Shown here in pieces: positions 61,161 through 64,000 of a stretch of 64,000 nt of DNA. The stretch is from Mobula hypostoma. Taxonomy: Eukaryota. The notes beneath the pieces were generated by a model, which worked only from the letters and a program-made list of their open reading frames with translations, searched no databases and was not told the origin of the DNA. The stretch lies in the NCBI RefSeq assembly GCF_963921235.1, contig NC_086097.1, positions 133,922,001-133,986,000 of the forward strand. Reading direction: 5' to 3'. Each line of letters starts with the position of its first letter. Within the stretch, counting starts at the first letter, position 1. The translations under genes were made by a program, and so were the position numbers.

Positions 61161-63730
61161 TATTCCTGTTTGCTATTCCAGATTTCCAGCAACTGCAGTT
61201 TCTTGTATCTCCATTATTGTCATGATGTTTATTTGATACCCCGTCTTTAATGATAATGATAGAGGGGTTAACATTGGTGAGGCACCAAAGATAACTAAAA
61301 GACACAAGATACCAGAGATGATGGAGCAGCAGAGAATCTGCCAAAGTCAAATTCGTGAGTTTATTCTCATATGCTCAAGTACTGTACATGTGTGCCCAAG
61401 GCGGTGCAATGAAAAAAGTTACTTGCAGCAGCATCACAGGCACGCAGCATTAGACACACAACATTCACAAGAAAAACATAAATTCCACAAAATTATATAA
61501 GGGAGGAAACAAATAGAACAACAAAGAACAAAGTCCTTTGTAGTGCAGTGGTCAAATCGGTTAGCTCATTGGGGTAAGCAATACCTGTGGGGAAAAAAAA
61601 TGAATTGTCAAAGTTTGTATCAAAACCAAGCATTGGGACCTAAATCTTTGTTGAATTATTGCCTTGGTATTCTTTGTATGCCACTGGAAAATGTCACCTC
61701 CAACAATGCAGCCCTTCTTCAGTTTTGTGCAGGCACCATCGTTCTAGATTTTTGAGCTTAGGTCTTTAGAGTGGGTGTTACTTTCTGGTTCAGAGGGGAG
61801 AGAAGTTCCTGATGAGCTACTACTGACACACTGAAGATGTTTAGAAGCTAGTGTTAGGGTATTCAGGCCCTCGATTCTACAGTGAAATATTAGCTCCACC
61901 AGAGAACCTGGGGTTTAAGTTCGAAAAGCTCTGGTGCTAATGGAACCAGAGCAGCAACTGTGGAGAAGAGCAGACTGACCCAAAAGGAAGATACTGCAAG
62001 AGTGGGGAATTTAAAATTATCAGGTATCGATAAAGTAGACAGCCAGAATCTTTCATTCAGCAATAGACATGTAGAGTGCTAGAGAACTGAGCTTTAAGGT
62101 GGGGGAGGGGTGCAAGTGCTTTTTACACTGGGAGTTCCAGGTGCCTGGAGCTTGCTGCCAGGGTGATGGCAGTAGCAGATATGATAGTGGCTTTTAGACC
62201 AGCACATGAATATGGAGATATGAATTATCTGCAGGCAGAAGGAATAAGTTTAATTTGGCATCGTGCTCGACACAGACACCGTGGATCTAAGGGCCTGTTC
62301 CTGTGCGGCAGTGTTCCGTATTAATTGTTCAATCAGTAATTGCAGCCTCTTCAGATCACATTTCCAACTCCCACAGGGCTCTTCCAGATATTTATTTGTC
62401 CTGTTTGCATTCCTCCCCCCCCCCCGTAGCTTCCGTTAATCACTTACACCTTTACCACCCTCTTTCAGCAGCACTATCTGTATCATTCAGTGCCCTCTGC
62501 TGTCCCTCATCACTGATCTTGCCTCTCATTCTCTCTGCTCCCCAGACTTCCCCCCTGCATCTGGAAATGTTTTCCAACCTTACCCAGTTCTGAAGGAAGA
62601 TCACTGAACTGAAACATTAGATTGCTCTACCTCTGTGGATGCTCCCCAACCTGCTGAGTGCTTATGGCCTTTTGTAGTTTATATAAGATTAGATATCAGT
62701 GACTGTGAGTGTTTAAGTTTTTTTTTAAATTATATTGTTCATTAGATCAATTGACAAGGAAATAAGTCACCAAACTTTAGGAAGTGCACACCCTAACAAC
62801 AAGATTTGATCATAAACTAAAACTGCTTTTACCAGAGAGACAGCATATGACTCTAGACTGGAGACCCAGAGGCCTGTTCTGGGTTTGGAGTGCTGACTAT
62901 CTGTGCGGATCGGTGAGTGGGGGGGAGGAAAGGGGCTTGTTTTGCTGTTGTTGTTCTGTTGATTGTTGTGTTCTGTGCTGCTCTGCTGAACTTTGTGGCC
63001 GTGCTATGTTGGTGCCAGAATGTGTGGCAAACCCGCGGGCTACCCCCAACACATACTTAGGTTGTGCTGATTATTAACACAAACAACATGTTTCACTGTA
63101 TGCTTGGAAGTATATGTGTTAAGTAAACCGAATCTGAATCTGAATGAGACCTCACCGGCAACTTCCCTAATCCTCGTTAGACAACATTATCACAAGAGAT
63201 TGCACTAAATGTCGCCATTACCCACAACGTCCCAGGTACTGGTATTGTTAGACTGACCACTGCCTAATCTGCACTGTAATTTCCATCAACCACTGGAAAG
63301 ACTGATCTTGATGGCCTCAAGGAGCCCATGAAAATCAAGAAACATTCATCAGAAGCTCTCACAAACTCAGTGCAACTGGTGAAAGGAGCTCACCACTGCC
63401 CACCCAGAACACCTACCCCACCCAGAACCTCCTGGCCTTCCTATGCGTCCCACACTTGCCTCATCAGCCAGCTCAGAAACCACAGAATCAGACTGGAAGC
63501 AAGACACCTTCAATACCAAGCGACTGCCTAAAGTAGAAGGTAGAGTACTATAGTATATAAACAGGCCCTATGGCACAACAGGTCCATGCCAACCACAGCT
63601 TCCTCCCTGCTAGTCCCAATTGCCTGCATAACCCTCCAAGCCCTGCCCCTCCATGTACCCGCCTGAATCACTTCCTCTGGGAACTCATTACCCTCTGTGT
63701 TAAGAAATTATCTCTCAGAACTCTTAAACC

Positions 63731-64000
63731 TGTAACACGCTGTAATGTTTCACTGCTAAGGCTAATGTAGTGGCTTCTATGTAACGTTCCACTGTTAAGG
63801 TAATGGTTTCTCTGTAGCAGCAATGTTTGGGTTATGACTAGAGATAACGGGACTTTGGAATTCAGTGGCTATCCAATGGAAGAAATGTTGTTCTTTCTTG
63901 TGTGTCTGGGAGCCGGGTTTTTCGTGGTTTTTTGTCGAGGAGAGGTGAAGAGGGAAGACGCATGTGGAGAGAGATGAAGAGGGAAGACGAGTGTGGAGAG
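63731..64000 (+). mobile_element. Probable LTR (Gypsy-like) 5' part, cut by the window end
   Basis: Starts TGTAACA, abruptly interrupting a CR1 remnant; has short internal tandem duplications, including (ggagag..tgaagagggaagacg..tgt)x2. Confidence 0.4.

Overview
Repeat-dense vertebrate genomic DNA. The repeat complement (CR1, Rex1/Babar, Penelope-like elements, V-/Deu-type SINEs, Tc1-type MITEs) suggests a cartilaginous fish such as a ray, by inference. The only host coding sequence is the large coding exon 2 of a Teashirt zinc-finger homeobox gene (tshz1/tshz2-type) on the minus strand (60146..57043), followed 7 nt after the stop codon by a canonical splice donor. The rest is mostly decayed retroelements. 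Most notable: (i) a near-full-length CR1 whose esterase ORF1 ends in an in-frame U_UUA_AAC slippery heptamer, with an AUG-less ORF2 in the -1 frame; (ii) a family of Penelope-derived repeats carrying a minimal type I hammerhead ribozyme motif, often as inverted pairs; (iii) a 659-bp TG...CA element with ~165-bp inverted termini that appears to derive from a Gypsy LTR; (iv) an R4/Dong-type retrotransposon fragment sitting in a (TAA)n tract; (v) a candidate distal 3'-UTR exon. Repeat family names come from motif recognition, not database searches, and boundaries of old repeats are approximate.
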